Notes: generated by a model not told the origin, from the letters alone. Counted from the first letter of the stretch, positions 25,421 through 35,140 are shown. The stretch: 35,527 nt of DNA from a virus (IMGVR_UViG_2734482778_000013:1-35527); one strand, 5' to 3'. Program-made: numbers and translations.

Positions 25421-26597
25421 CGGCAAACCAACCGCAGATTACGAGCGCATTCTGGCTGATAACGGCATGCCGGTAACCGAAGAACAGGCGCGCACTGAAT
25501 TTGAGGCCATCGTTAAAGACGAAGGGCTTATCACTAACACATCCCGCATGTCGCCGTTCTGGCGGTTGATTACAGCCATTACCACAAAGCCCGTGATGTG
25601 GCTGAAAGATGCACTGGTTAATGTGGTAATGAAAAACCTGTTTCTGGTAAGTGCCAGCGGTGTATTTGTGGATGTTTTCGCATGGGCGGTAAACCTGCAG
25701 CGCAAGGCTGCCACGCACGCAGCTGGCGTGATTCGTTTCACAAAAGACGACATTGATCACGCGGTTACCGTGCCGGCTGGTACGCAGATTCAGACAGAAC
25801 GCATTAACGGCGTGATTTATACGCTGACCGTTGTCAGGGATACCATTATTCCGGCAGGAACACTCAGCATGAACATCGATGTTTCTGCTGAACAGGCCGG
25901 AGCCGGGTTTAACCTCGCGCCGGGGTATTACCGCATTCTTCCGGTGGCGATTAATGGTATCGCCGGCGTTGAGAACGACGAAAACTGGCTGACCACGCCG
26001 GGGGCCAACGAAGAAAGCGACGACGAACTGCGTGATCGCGTTCGCAATCAGTTTAATCTTGCCGGTGCTTATCACACCGACGCTGTTTACCGGGGATTAA
26101 TTGCCGGTGTTGCCGGCATCAGTGCCGACCGCATCTATTTTTTGCATGACGCACCACGCGGCCCCGGCACAGCAAACGCTTACATTCTGCTGGATACCGG
26201 CATCGCATCCGGACCGTTCGTTGATGCAGTAAACGCATTTATTAACGATGAAGGTCATCACGGACACGGCGATGATTTGCGCTGTTTTTCCATGCCTGAA
26301 ACGCGCCATGCCCTGACCGTGACACTCTGGCTGTATGCAACACTGAACCTCAACGCTGAAGAGATACAGGCTTTATTACGCAACGTAGAGAATCTGGTCC
26401 GCTGTGCGTTTCGCGAAAACAGCGATTATGACGTTCAGAAAACATGGCCGTACAGCCGTTTCAGCATGTCCCGACTGGGCGAAGAGATCCACCAGGTATT
26501 TCCGCAGGTGGAATCGGTCACGTTTTCCCTTCCGGATATTCTCAGCGACCTGGCTGTGCCTCGCCTGGAATCCCTTATCGTGGAGGTGGGATCATGA
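25413..26597 (+). CDS. Baseplate J-like protein
   Basis: 394 aa; position before I-like and fibre genes; overlaps neighbours. Confidence 0.65.
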   Translation: MINGKPTADYERILADNGMPVTEEQARTEFEAIVKDEGLITNTSRMSPFWRLITAITTKPVMWLKDALVNVVMKNLFLVSASGVFVDVFAWAVNLQRKAATHAAGVIRFTKDDIDHAVTVPAGTQIQTERINGVIYTLTVVRDTIIPAGTLSMNIDVSAEQAGAGFNLAPGYYRILPVAINGIAGVENDENWLTTPGANEESDDELRDRVRNQFNLAGAYHTDAVYRGLIAGVAGISADRIYFLHDAPRGPGTANAYILLDTGIASGPFVDAVNAFINDEGHHGHGDDLRCFSMPETRHALTVTLWLYATLNLNAEEIQALLRNVENLVRCAFRENSDYDVQKTWPYSRFSMSRLGEEIHQVFPQVESVTFSLPDILSDLAVPRLESLIVEVGS

Positions 26598-27229
26598 ATA
26601 TTCCGGAGATGCCCGAATTCCCTCTCCCAACCTGGATGAACAAGGGAGAGCCATTAACACTGGCACATTCTTCACGTCGTTACTGGGAGAAGGTCTACAG
26701 CTGGCTGACATGGCCACTACAGCAAATTGATGTTGATACCTGCGCAGAGCCTCTGCTTAACCTGCTGGCCTATCAGCGCAACATCACCCGCTTCAGTGGG
26801 GAGCCAGTTTCATTATTTCGCTTAAGGGTAAAACACGCGTTTATCAACGCTCAGGACTCGGGCGAACGTGCCGGCTTCGAACGCATCTTTAAGCGTCTTG
26901 GCGTGGGAGAGGTAAAAACCCTGGAACGACAGCTGCAGCATGACTGGGACGTTATTTTACTGCGCATCAATGACACCCAGTTAAGCGAAAACAATGCCCT
27001 GATGATGCAGCTCGTGCGCCAGTATGGCCGTACCTGCAGGCGCTATTTCTTTCAGGTGATTAATACAACCACCGCTTACCTGACAGCCGGCACATTCAGC
27101 GGTGATTACCGGTATTACGTGGCAAAAGCGACGATACGACCAGGCACAATCAGATTAAACGCATCATTACAGGCAGGGCATTACGGATTATCCGTGGAGC
27201 ATTACACATTACAGGCAGGTAACGTATGA
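26594..27229 (+). CDS. Tail protein I-like (baseplate)
   Basis: 211 aa from ATG 26594 (ATGA overlap); motif LLNLLAYQR; J-I-H synteny. Confidence 0.6.
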   Translation: MNIPEMPEFPLPTWMNKGEPLTLAHSSRRYWEKVYSWLTWPLQQIDVDTCAEPLLNLLAYQRNITRFSGEPVSLFRLRVKHAFINAQDSGERAGFERIFKRLGVGEVKTLERQLQHDWDVILLRINDTQLSENNALMMQLVRQYGRTCRRYFFQVINTTTAYLTAGTFSGDYRYYVAKATIRPGTIRLNASLQAGHYGLSVEHYTLQAGNV

Positions 27230-28923
27230 GCACAATTATTACCGAACAATATGAAAACTGGTGCGCAGATCAGATTATCAGCGATAAACCCGCACGCCCG
27301 GATATGTTTGTTTTTGCGTATATTCCGGGACAGGATGAGTCTGCAGAAATTCCCCGTGATGAGGCTTTGCCCGATGAATCCATGATTCAGTATCGCGCGC
27401 CGGTCACTCAGTATGGACTGCTGTCCCCGAATGCTGCCGCATTTTCCATTATTCTGGACACCACTATCGGTGACTTCGAATATAACTGGATTGGCCTCAT
27501 GAACGAAGAAAGCGGCGTGCTCTGCATGATTGCACACACACCGCGCCAGCAAAAAATTAAAACAGCAAACGGCGTGCAGGGAAATAACCTTATTCGCACC
27601 TTTGCCATGGAGTTTGACGGTGCGGCTGCGGCAATGCATATCGATGTCAGTGCTGATGTCTGGCAGATTGATTTTACTGCCCGACTCGCGGGAATGGATG
27701 AATCACGTCGCCTGTTGGCATTTGATCACTACGGTGAAGCCGCCTTTCTGGGGGACGGTTTTCAGGTCAGCTATCAGGACGGTACCGCCACTGTTGCCGC
27801 CGGCGTGGGTTATGTGGGAGGCCTGCGCGTCAGTCTGCGCGAACCTTACAGCCTGCCGGCTGCGGTCGGGGATACCCTCTGGATTGATGCAAGCTGGCAG
27901 GGATTTGTTACCGGCGAATGGAATACCGTTTTTACGTTCTGCGCCCGCAAGGAATATACGTCCTATACTGACGGTAACGGCTTCCGACACTTTGTCGCGC
28001 CACTTGCAAAAATGACAGGAGACGGCCCACAGGATCTGCGCCCGGAAACACCCGACGAGGAACAAAGCAATGCGCTGGCAGAACACGAAAAATCCCGCAG
28101 ACATCCGGATGCCACACTGAACGAAAAGGGTTTTGCGCAGTACAGTAATGACACCGACAGTGACGCAGAAGACCGTGCCGCCACATCAAAGGCAGTAAAA
28201 ATCGTAATGGATAAGGCAAAAGGCGCTGTTGAGCGCGACGGCGATACCATGACTGGTGAGCTGAAAATCCGTGGTATTAATGCGCTGCGAATTTTCGACG
28301 AAGCCTTTGGTCTGATTTTTCGTCGTTCGGAAGAGTGCCTGCACCTTATCCCTACCAGTGAAGGTCAGGGCGAGAATGGCGATATTGGCTCCCTGCGTCC
28401 GTTCACCATAAATTTGCGGACGGGTGAGATATCCATGTCGCACAAAGTGTCTGTTGGCGGTGGTTCTCAGGTGCATGGTGCGCTGGGTATTGGCGTTCAG
28501 AATGCGCTGGGCGGTAACTCAATTGCTCTCGGGGATAGCGATACCGGTATAAAACAAAACGGCGACGGCCTGCTGGATATTTATGCCAATGGTCAGCACG
28601 TATTCCGTTTTCAGAATGGCGCGTTACAAAGTAACCGGGCAGTGAATGTTTCAGGGCGGGTAACACCAACTGATTATGGCAATTTCGATGAACGCTACCA
28701 GACCAGAACAGGAGGCGTGCAGAATTTTCAGTACACCAGTGAGCTGTTTTACAACCCGGGAGGGAACGAACGCAGCTGGACGTTCCGCGCACCGCCTGGC
28801 TGCACCCTGTCCGGCATTCTGGTTCAGGATACCGGGAGCAACTCTGCGGATAATATCGGTGGCGTGTATTACAAACAGGCTCAGATTTATATAAATGGCG
28901 CATGGCGTTCTGTGTCAGGTTAA
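27226..28923 (+). CDS. Tail fibre protein 1 (P2 gpH-like C-terminal region)
   Basis: Collar-like motif EHEKSRRHPDATLNEKGFAQ; C-terminal NALGGNSIALGDSDTGIKQNGDGLLDIYANGQHVFRFQNG and INGAWRSV parallel P2 H as recalled. Confidence 0.85.
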   Translation: MSTIITEQYENWCADQIISDKPARPDMFVFAYIPGQDESAEIPRDEALPDESMIQYRAPVTQYGLLSPNAAAFSIILDTTIGDFEYNWIGLMNEESGVLCMIAHTPRQQKIKTANGVQGNNLIRTFAMEFDGAAAAMHIDVSADVWQIDFTARLAGMDESRRLLAFDHYGEAAFLGDGFQVSYQDGTATVAAGVGYVGGLRVSLREPYSLPAAVGDTLWIDASWQGFVTGEWNTVFTFCARKEYTSYTDGNGFRHFVAPLAKMTGDGPQDLRPETPDEEQSNALAEHEKSRRHPDATLNEKGFAQYSNDTDSDAEDRAATSKAVKIVMDKAKGAVERDGDTMTGELKIRGINALRIFDEAFGLIFRRSEECLHLIPTSEGQGENGDIGSLRPFTINLRTGEISMSHKVSVGGGSQVHGALGIGVQNALGGNSIALGDSDTGIKQNGDGLLDIYANGQHVFRFQNGALQSNRAVNVSGRVTPTDYGNFDERYQTRTGGVQNFQYTSELFYNPGGNERSWTFRAPPGCTLSGILVQDTGSNSADNIGGVYYKQAQIYINGAWRSVSG

Positions 28924-28937
28924 TTAAGGAGAAAACA

Positions 28938-29474
28938 ATGGAGCTCAGAAATGTTACGCGTTACTACCCTGAAGATATGCCTTATGGTGAAGGCATTCAG
29001 TATTTCCGTAGTGAAGACGGGCAGGATTTTTATGAATCACTGGATAAATTCACGAAGAAATACAAGCTGTGCACGCATCCTGAAACCGGCGTTATTTATT
29101 CAATGGCGGAAGACGTATCCCGGCTTTATCCGGCAGGTTTTACCATTGTGGAAGCGGATGAATTACCCGAAGGTTTTTGTATTGAAGCACGTTGGTATTA
29201 TAAAGATGGCGCAGTTCTTCCTGTTCCTGTTGACTACAGACAGCGGGCGGAGTCGGAGCGTGCGCGTTTTATAGAGATTGTTGAACGGGAAATATCCGAT
29301 AAAAAGACAGACTTGCTGCTGGGGTTAATCAGCGATGAAGACAAGGAAAAGCTGAAAGTCTGGCGTATTTATACAAAAACGTTACGAGAGATGACATTCA
29401 GTCAGGTTACAGATAAATCATCGTATGCCGCAATTGTATGGCCAGAATTACCGCAGAATATTAGCGAGAATTAA
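28938..29474 (+). CDS. Tail fibre assembly protein (P2 gpG/Tfa-like)
   Basis: 178 aa directly downstream of fibre 1; AAGGAG RBS; lower GC than head genes. Confidence 0.7.
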   Translation: MELRNVTRYYPEDMPYGEGIQYFRSEDGQDFYESLDKFTKKYKLCTHPETGVIYSMAEDVSRLYPAGFTIVEADELPEGFCIEARWYYKDGAVLPVPVDYRQRAESERARFIEIVEREISDKKTDLLLGLISDEDKEKLKVWRIYTKTLREMTFSQVTDKSSYAAIVWPELPQNISEN

Positions 29475-29480
29475 GAAGTA

Positions 29481-31037
29481 ATGAGCGCACTGTTAACGAA
29501 ATCATTTGAAAAGTGGGTTGCTGAATGCACAGCCAGTAATTTACCTGCACGTCCTGATGCCATTATTTTTGCCCTGATGGAGCGGGAGCCGACGCGCGAA
29601 GATGATGCCATCCCGGAAGAAAAAATCACATATATTGTTAATGAACTGACCTATGGGCAGTTAAGTCAGAACAATATTGTGTGTAGTGCCGTTGTTCCCG
29701 ATGACTCCGCATTCAGTTATGACTGGATTTGCCTCATCCATCAGGCCAGCAGAACATTGTGCGGCGTAATAAAAACGCCTGTTCGACAAAAAGTAACAGG
29801 CGAGTCACTTATTCGTAATTTCACGATTATATACAGCGGCATTGCTCAGTCTGCACAAGTCACGGCCCCTCCGCAGAGCTGGCAGGTGGATATCACTCCG
29901 GAACTGAAAACAGCACTGAAAGCACCTAATCGCCTGTCAGAAATTGCTGATGAGGGCAAAGAGGCACAACAGGAATCACGCGATAATCTCGGGCTAAAAA
30001 AAGCGGCCACAATGGAACCTCAGAATGGTATCCGTGACCGTTCTGAAGGTCGTCTGGCGACACCTGGTGCATTTGGTTTTGGTCACAGGTTTATTCCGGG
30101 GGAGGCCGTCAGGTTTAAATCTGAGGCTGATTTTCTGGCATGGGCAAGATATGTGGAGCCAGGAGAATATTATGTGGATGGGGCAAACGGTGTACTTCCC
30201 GGCATTGTTTTTCAGGGGGTGATAAGTATCCGCTGGCTGGAAGCAAACCATAACCCACCACTTCCGTTACATACAGCAAAGGCCATTATTTTCTACGGCA
30301 TTAATGGCAATATTTATTACAACCGTTACTGGTCCACTGGTAATGGCTGGCTGACTGGCTGGGAAAACCTGAAAGTAAACGAGGTTGCACTCAGGGAACT
30401 TATTAAAACAAGGGCTCCTCTGGAAAGCCCGGAATTCACAGGAAAGCCGACTACACCAACACCGCCGGATGATGCAGCAGGTAATGAAATTGCCAGTGTG
30501 GCCTTTGTTCGCAAACAGATGGAATCTCTTGACACCACTTCACCAGAGGGTCCCGAAATTTCTTCTGCGCCGACCAATTTACTGTCCAGACAACAATCCG
30601 GAGACTTATTTGTTGATGGCGCTCATCCGGTCATTCCAAAGGTGGCTGTAAGTACCCTGAACAGCAACCTGGATTCATTTAAAAGTCTGCCGGATGGTTC
30701 ACGTATTTATGCTATGGAACTGGATGTATCTAATCCTGTCAGGAAATCCTCTGTTGGAGGAGTGGGTATCGCTGTTTCTGCTCTGCTCGAACCACGTTAT
30801 CTCTACATGAATCAGAACCGACAATACATTCCTGCTCAGTATTTTGTCGGTTCTGTCTCGGCTACCGCGAGCACAATAACAGTAAGAATACGGGTGGTGA
30901 TGCCAGACACACCTTACTATGCACTGGATACATCGACACTGGAGGAGACAGCCAGCGCAAAAAATGGACCTCTTCCCTGTATTGTGGTGGCAAAAATATT
31001 TGCGGGAACAACATTACGCCAGAACGGAATGGGGTAA
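29481..31037 (+). CDS. Tail fibre protein 2 (shared N-terminal domain, distinct distal domain)
   Basis: N-terminal ~150 aa align with fibre 1 (PARPD, F.Y.WI.LI, LIR.F, WQVDIT); collar motif LESPEFTGKPTTPTPPDDAAGNEIASVAFV; lower GC. Confidence 0.75.
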   Translation: MSALLTKSFEKWVAECTASNLPARPDAIIFALMEREPTREDDAIPEEKITYIVNELTYGQLSQNNIVCSAVVPDDSAFSYDWICLIHQASRTLCGVIKTPVRQKVTGESLIRNFTIIYSGIAQSAQVTAPPQSWQVDITPELKTALKAPNRLSEIADEGKEAQQESRDNLGLKKAATMEPQNGIRDRSEGRLATPGAFGFGHRFIPGEAVRFKSEADFLAWARYVEPGEYYVDGANGVLPGIVFQGVISIRWLEANHNPPLPLHTAKAIIFYGINGNIYYNRYWSTGNGWLTGWENLKVNEVALRELIKTRAPLESPEFTGKPTTPTPPDDAAGNEIASVAFVRKQMESLDTTSPEGPEISSAPTNLLSRQQSGDLFVDGAHPVIPKVAVSTLNSNLDSFKSLPDGSRIYAMELDVSNPVRKSSVGGVGIAVSALLEPRYLYMNQNRQYIPAQYFVGSVSATASTITVRIRVVMPDTPYYALDTSTLEETASAKNGPLPCIVVAKIFAGTTLRQNGMG

Positions 31038-31061
31038 TATCCGGACACACAGGAAGAACAA

Positions 31062-31784
31062 ATGAACAATTCAACATGGATACGCTCTGTTTTGCGACCA
31101 GCCCCCATAGCTATTACCTGTTCAATGGTTTGCCTCCACCCATGGTCAGAAAATACGGGAAACATTACACCATCAGGGCGTTACCTCAGCCCGGATAATG
31201 CTGTATCCGCGCTTTTACCTTATCTGACAGAAAACACAGAAAAAGACGTTGTGGCGCTGTTATTTTGCGCCCCGTCTGCTGGCGAGTTTTTATCACTCGC
31301 CAGGCAATTTTCAGGCGCATTTCCGTTACCAGAGGTGGGACGAATGTCCCGCATGATCTCCAGCCAGTTTTCACTGGCCATCAGCAGAATGCAAATCCCC
31401 GCCAGACCGGTAACATCACTTCCGGAACCGATAATGCTATCGACACAGACCACTCGCAGCATGTCGCTGGCGGCAACCATTGCACAGGCAGCCACTCCTG
31501 CCGTCACATCACCGGAAACATTGTCATCATCACTGCGTCAGTTCATGAATGCGAGAGATAAAGCCTTACAGGAAATCGCTGATCAGCAGGCCGCACTCCG
31601 GCAAAAATTTTGCCCGGTGTGGCGCTTTTGCCACAAGGGAGCCCTTAGCCAGGCCGCAGTGCTGATACAAAAAAACATCCCACACCCCGAGTGGGTTTTT
31701 ACAGCTGTGATGCTGTTTGTCGGTAATGATCTTTCATCACTAAGAGAATCACTACATGACCCAGATGATCGTTCTTGCACTTGA
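31062..31784 (+). CDS. Hypothetical protein (possible fibre-2 accessory/chaperone or moron)
   Basis: 240 aa, AGGAAG RBS; Ser/Ala/Thr-rich; no recognised domain. Confidence 0.45.
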   Translation: MNNSTWIRSVLRPAPIAITCSMVCLHPWSENTGNITPSGRYLSPDNAVSALLPYLTENTEKDVVALLFCAPSAGEFLSLARQFSGAFPLPEVGRMSRMISSQFSLAISRMQIPARPVTSLPEPIMLSTQTTRSMSLAATIAQAATPAVTSPETLSSSLRQFMNARDKALQEIADQQAALRQKFCPVWRFCHKGALSQAAVLIQKNIPHPEWVFTAVMLFVGNDLSSLRESLHDPDDRSCT

Positions 31785-32331
31785 CGGGGAAGCCATTCTG
31801 TTACGCAACATCACCGTCAGCGCCACCATGCAACTACCGGATAAAGATATGTCCGGACAGTCAACCAGCACCACCAGTGCTCAGCAGGGAAGCAAGGCTA
31901 AAGAGCTGCGTGTATCAGGCGTCATTGATTTTAATGATGAAGCTGTTCTGACCCGTATATTTCAACTTGCAGAAGCCACAGAAAGCAACGGGGCTAAAAA
32001 AACATACCGCATCGCCAACGCTACTGCTAAGGCGATTAATATGCGACAGGGTGTTTTTTCGGGCGGTATTGATGCAACGGAACAACAGGGCAAGATGCAC
32101 TGGCAGGTCACCTTTACTCTCAGGGAAAAATTAAGCGTGCCGGAAAAAGCATCGGCACGCAGTGGCTCACAGAAAACAATCGCAAAGCAGCAGACACAGA
32201 ACGGCAGTGAGCAGGCACCGGATAAAGGAATAAATACCCAGGAGACTTTCTGGAAAAATATCAATGATGGTATTGGCTCCGGGCTGGACTGGATTGGCAT
32301 CGGGAGCGTGAAAGAGGAAGGGAAAACATGA
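31756..32331 (+). CDS. Putative tail/baseplate-associated protein
   Basis: 191 aa; ATGA-coupled to downstream hub/spike gene; function from context only. Confidence 0.4.
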   Translation: MTQMIVLALDGEAILLRNITVSATMQLPDKDMSGQSTSTTSAQQGSKAKELRVSGVIDFNDEAVLTRIFQLAEATESNGAKKTYRIANATAKAINMRQGVFSGGIDATEQQGKMHWQVTFTLREKLSVPEKASARSGSQKTIAKQQTQNGSEQAPDKGINTQETFWKNINDGIGSGLDWIGIGSVKEEGKT

Positions 32332-34025
32332 AATTAATCCAACGTTGCATGATTAATGGCGAGCTGGCGGAAATTGCCGATATCAGCCTTGTTCTTACCC
32401 TGAATGCTGCAGGTCGCGGCTTCATTTCTGTTAATAATCTGTCACCGGAAAAAAGCCTTGCCGGCGCAATGATACAAATTGATCTCGGCCGTAATGGTGA
32501 GGCATGGCGCTATTTCTCCGGCTACATTGAGCGCGATCAACCCGCCGAAAATGGCTCACGCCGCCTTTTTATCCGTGAAGCAGCTGCCGTGCTGGATTTT
32601 GATTTCCCCTGCTCCATGCAACATCCAACGTTACGGGATGTACTCGATAATCTGGGTAAACAAAGCGGCATCGTTTTCATCACGCCAGAAGCGGATTATG
32701 TCGGTACACCGACACCTTACATCACCCACAGCGGCAGCGGAGCACAACTGCTCAGCCAGCTGGGGCGAGCATTCAGTATCAGCGATTACGTCTGGCATCC
32801 AATGCCGGACGGTTCCGTATTTGTGGGAAGCGCACCGGATTCACGGTTTGCCAGTATTACCATGCCGGATATTCCGCAACAGTACACTCTCGGGCAAAGC
32901 GGCGGAAACAGCATCGACATCATGTTTATGGAAACTGTGCGACCGGGCGTGAACCTTCCGGCCGGGCGCATTACCCGTGTAGCCCTCAACAACGAGAAAA
33001 TGACCCTGACATGGGAACGCCTTACCGCCACGGGTAGCCCTGTTTCCAAATCACCATTACGCAGACAGATGGAAACACAGTTCCCGGAACTGGCCAGCGG
33101 CACTCTACATACTAGGCTGGCGCGCGTCATTGCACCAACGGAATCCGTCACCCTGGGCGATATTGCCGACAGCTTCCGCCCACGCTACGCCGTCGATGTG
33201 CAACTGCTTGATGAGAACGGCAACGATAAAAGCGATACGCCTGTTTATCCGGCAGTACCACTCCCCGTCCCGATGGCTGGTAGCGAGGCGGGATGTTTTG
33301 CCTACCCGCCGGCAGGCACCATCGTGGAAATATCCAACATTGAAGGGCGACCGGATAAACCTGTCATCAGGCAAATCTTACCCGCGGGCCATAACCTGCC
33401 TGATGTAAAGCCCGGCGAACAGCTGCAGCAACAGCGCGCAGAAGTGTTTCAGCGCGTCACGACTGACGGAAGCTGGCACAGAGAAACTGACCAGCAAATC
33501 AGGGAGCATTCAGCCAGGCGAACCATTAACAGCGATCAGGAAGAACGCACAACAACAACCAGAACAACAACAGTCCAGGCAAACGACATAACCAGTGTTC
33601 TTGGTACCAGTAAGCTGATGACAGGCCAGACAGAACACCTTACTACCGGCAATTATGCGATCGCAGCCGGTGAGCATATCCAGATGGTAGCGCAGGATTT
33701 GCTGACTCAACTCAAAGGGGCGATATCCACCATTGAGCATGACCTCACCGAAAACGTGGGAGGCCGCAGAACATGCAGGGCGGACGGCGGTCTGGAGTTT
33801 ACCGCCCCGACAGTATTTATTGGTCGCGGCGGCTCGCGGGAAAAGTCCGGGCTTAACCTGCTGACGTTGCTGATCGATATTCTGGATCTGATTCAATTGC
33901 TGGCCACACATACAGCAAACCACACCCATAGCAACACAGGCACGCCAATGAACAGCGGCGAACTTGCCGCAGATGCCCTGCAGGCGACGAGTCTGCGCGA
34001 AAAATACGGCGACATTATCGCCTGA
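32328..34025 (+). CDS. Baseplate hub/central spike protein (gpD/gpV-like fusion, VgrG-like)
   Basis: 565 aa; C-terminal His-rich apex-like motif HTANHTHSNTGTPMN; large size and terminal position in tail module. Confidence 0.55.
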   Translation: MKLIQRCMINGELAEIADISLVLTLNAAGRGFISVNNLSPEKSLAGAMIQIDLGRNGEAWRYFSGYIERDQPAENGSRRLFIREAAAVLDFDFPCSMQHPTLRDVLDNLGKQSGIVFITPEADYVGTPTPYITHSGSGAQLLSQLGRAFSISDYVWHPMPDGSVFVGSAPDSRFASITMPDIPQQYTLGQSGGNSIDIMFMETVRPGVNLPAGRITRVALNNEKMTLTWERLTATGSPVSKSPLRRQMETQFPELASGTLHTRLARVIAPTESVTLGDIADSFRPRYAVDVQLLDENGNDKSDTPVYPAVPLPVPMAGSEAGCFAYPPAGTIVEISNIEGRPDKPVIRQILPAGHNLPDVKPGEQLQQQRAEVFQRVTTDGSWHRETDQQIREHSARRTINSDQEERTTTTRTTTVQANDITSVLGTSKLMTGQTEHLTTGNYAIAAGEHIQMVAQDLLTQLKGAISTIEHDLTENVGGRRTCRADGGLEFTAPTVFIGRGGSREKSGLNLLTLLIDILDLIQLLATHTANHTHSNTGTPMNSGELAADALQATSLREKYGDIIA

Positions 34026-34064
34026 ACACCAGACATAAAAGCCACATAAACGCCCCATCACGCA

Positions 34065-34090
34065 ACGCACGGTCCCGGCCGTGCGTTTTC
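34065..34090 (+). terminator. Rho-independent terminator after tail module
   Basis: Stem ACGCACGG / CCGTGCGT with 6-nt loop followed by TTTT. Confidence 0.55.
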
Positions 34091-34750
34091 CTATCCACCA
34101 CCTGATTAATGCGTTCTGCGTGCCATTCTGGCGCTGTATGCACACACTGCGTAAACGGTGTGACGTAAAGCGTGAGGTGACGTAAACCGCGCTACCCCCT
34201 CCAACCCGCGGGTTTTGTGTCGAAACACTTTTTCAGTTTTCTGCCGTGCAAAAATGACCGCCAGCCCGCGCAGCAACTGAGGGAAAAGCGAAGATCTGAA
34301 ATTTCACGCTTTGAAATTTTTTGCAGTTTTCAGAGTGGTTTTTACGATCGAATAAATGGCAGGAGAAAGAAAACAGACTGATATTAAAAGAGTTTTTATG
34401 CTTTACGTGAGACGAGAAACGATCACGAAAGGATCGCATCAAAAAATCGTCAAACAACGAAGCCAGACGCGGCGCGGCCTGCGTAAAATTAAGAGTCAAA
34501 ATTAAACTGAAAAAAGGATCAATACAGTGCATCGATCGCACATGACGATCTACGCAGCAACAGGACAAAAAAACCGGCGCGAACGCCGGCGGAAGCATGT
34601 ATCAAATGCGTGACTGAATAATGTCTGCGGTCGGGAATTTTATATCAAAAGGCTGACAGGCCTCAACGGATTGAAACAAGGGAAAAAACCAGGCTAGAAT
34701 TCGCGCGGGTGCCTTTCGGCTGATGGCTGGAGGGTAAACCCGAAGGCCGG

Positions 34751-34990
34751 ATGTGGAAAGGCCCCGAGTCAACTTTAACGTTAACCCGAGGCCCTAGCCA
34801 TACAACCTTCGCAAGTCGTAGGTTAGCGCCTCTCCGAAAAAGGAGCAAGTGCTATGTCGCAAAAATCGCTAATCGCCATCACCACACTGTGCGTGACGGC
34901 AATCCTCATCATCTGGATGTTGCAGGGTTCGCTCTGCGAGATACGGATGAGCTTCTGGGGAGCGGAGTTTGCGGCGTTCTTACAGTGTAA
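34751..34990 (+). CDS. mok: mok-like overlapping reading frame of hok locus
   Basis: 79-codon ORF starting about 100 nt upstream of the hok-like ORF in a different frame and ending 7 nt before its stop. Confidence 0.4.
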   Translation: MWKGPESTLTLTRGPSHTTFASRRLAPLRKRSKCYVAKIANRHHHTVRDGNPHHLDVAGFALRDTDELLGSGVCGVLTV

Positions 34991-34997
34991 ACCGTAA
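34854..34997 (+). CDS. hok: Hok/Gef-family type I toxin (47 aa)
   Basis: Translation MSQKSLIAITTLCVTAILIIWMLQGSLCEIRMSFWGAEFAAFLQCKP: TM helix followed by SLCEIR...AAF motif as in R1 Hok; GGAG RBS; below ORF-track cutoff. Confidence 0.75.
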   Translation: MSQKSLIAITTLCVTAILIIWMLQGSLCEIRMSFWGAEFAAFLQCKP

Positions 34998-35006
34998 GGA
35001 AACCGC

Positions 35007-35028
35007 GACGGGGGAGCAATCCCCCGTC
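35007..35028 (+). other. Perfect 8-bp hairpin at hok mRNA 3' region (possible fold-back element)
   Basis: GACGGGGG-AGCAAT-CCCCCGTC located 10 nt after hok stop. Confidence 0.45.
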
Positions 35029-35084
35029 AATCGGTTGCCAGGGTAAGGCCGATAAGGCACCCCATCTCACAAACCTGAATGCAA

Positions 35085-35118
35085 AAAGCCCGCAAGATTA
35101 ATCGCGGGCTTTTTATTT
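35085..35118. terminator. Bidirectional rho-independent terminator
   Basis: AAAAAGCCCGC-(loop)-GCGGGCTTTTTATTT: GC stem flanked by A-run and T-run; lies between convergent hok locus and minus-strand ORF. Confidence 0.65.
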
Positions 35119-35140
35119 CAAGAGAGGTGGTTAGCTCTGA

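Noticed and set aside
25398-26075. 225-aa minus-strand ORF
   Set aside because: Antisense to the baseplate J-like gene.
27226-31037. Invertible host-range segment (Mu G / P1 C type)
   Set aside because: Both fibre genes are on the same strand, there are no flanking inverted repeats, and no Gin/Cin-type invertase gene is present.
34356-34505. 49-aa highly basic ORF on plus strand
   Set aside because: No Shine-Dalgarno sequence and AT-rich context; cannot be distinguished from chance.
34233-34598. 121-aa minus-strand ORF in AT-rich region
   Set aside because: Phe/Ser/Cys-rich low-complexity translation in AT-rich intergenic DNA; no RBS.
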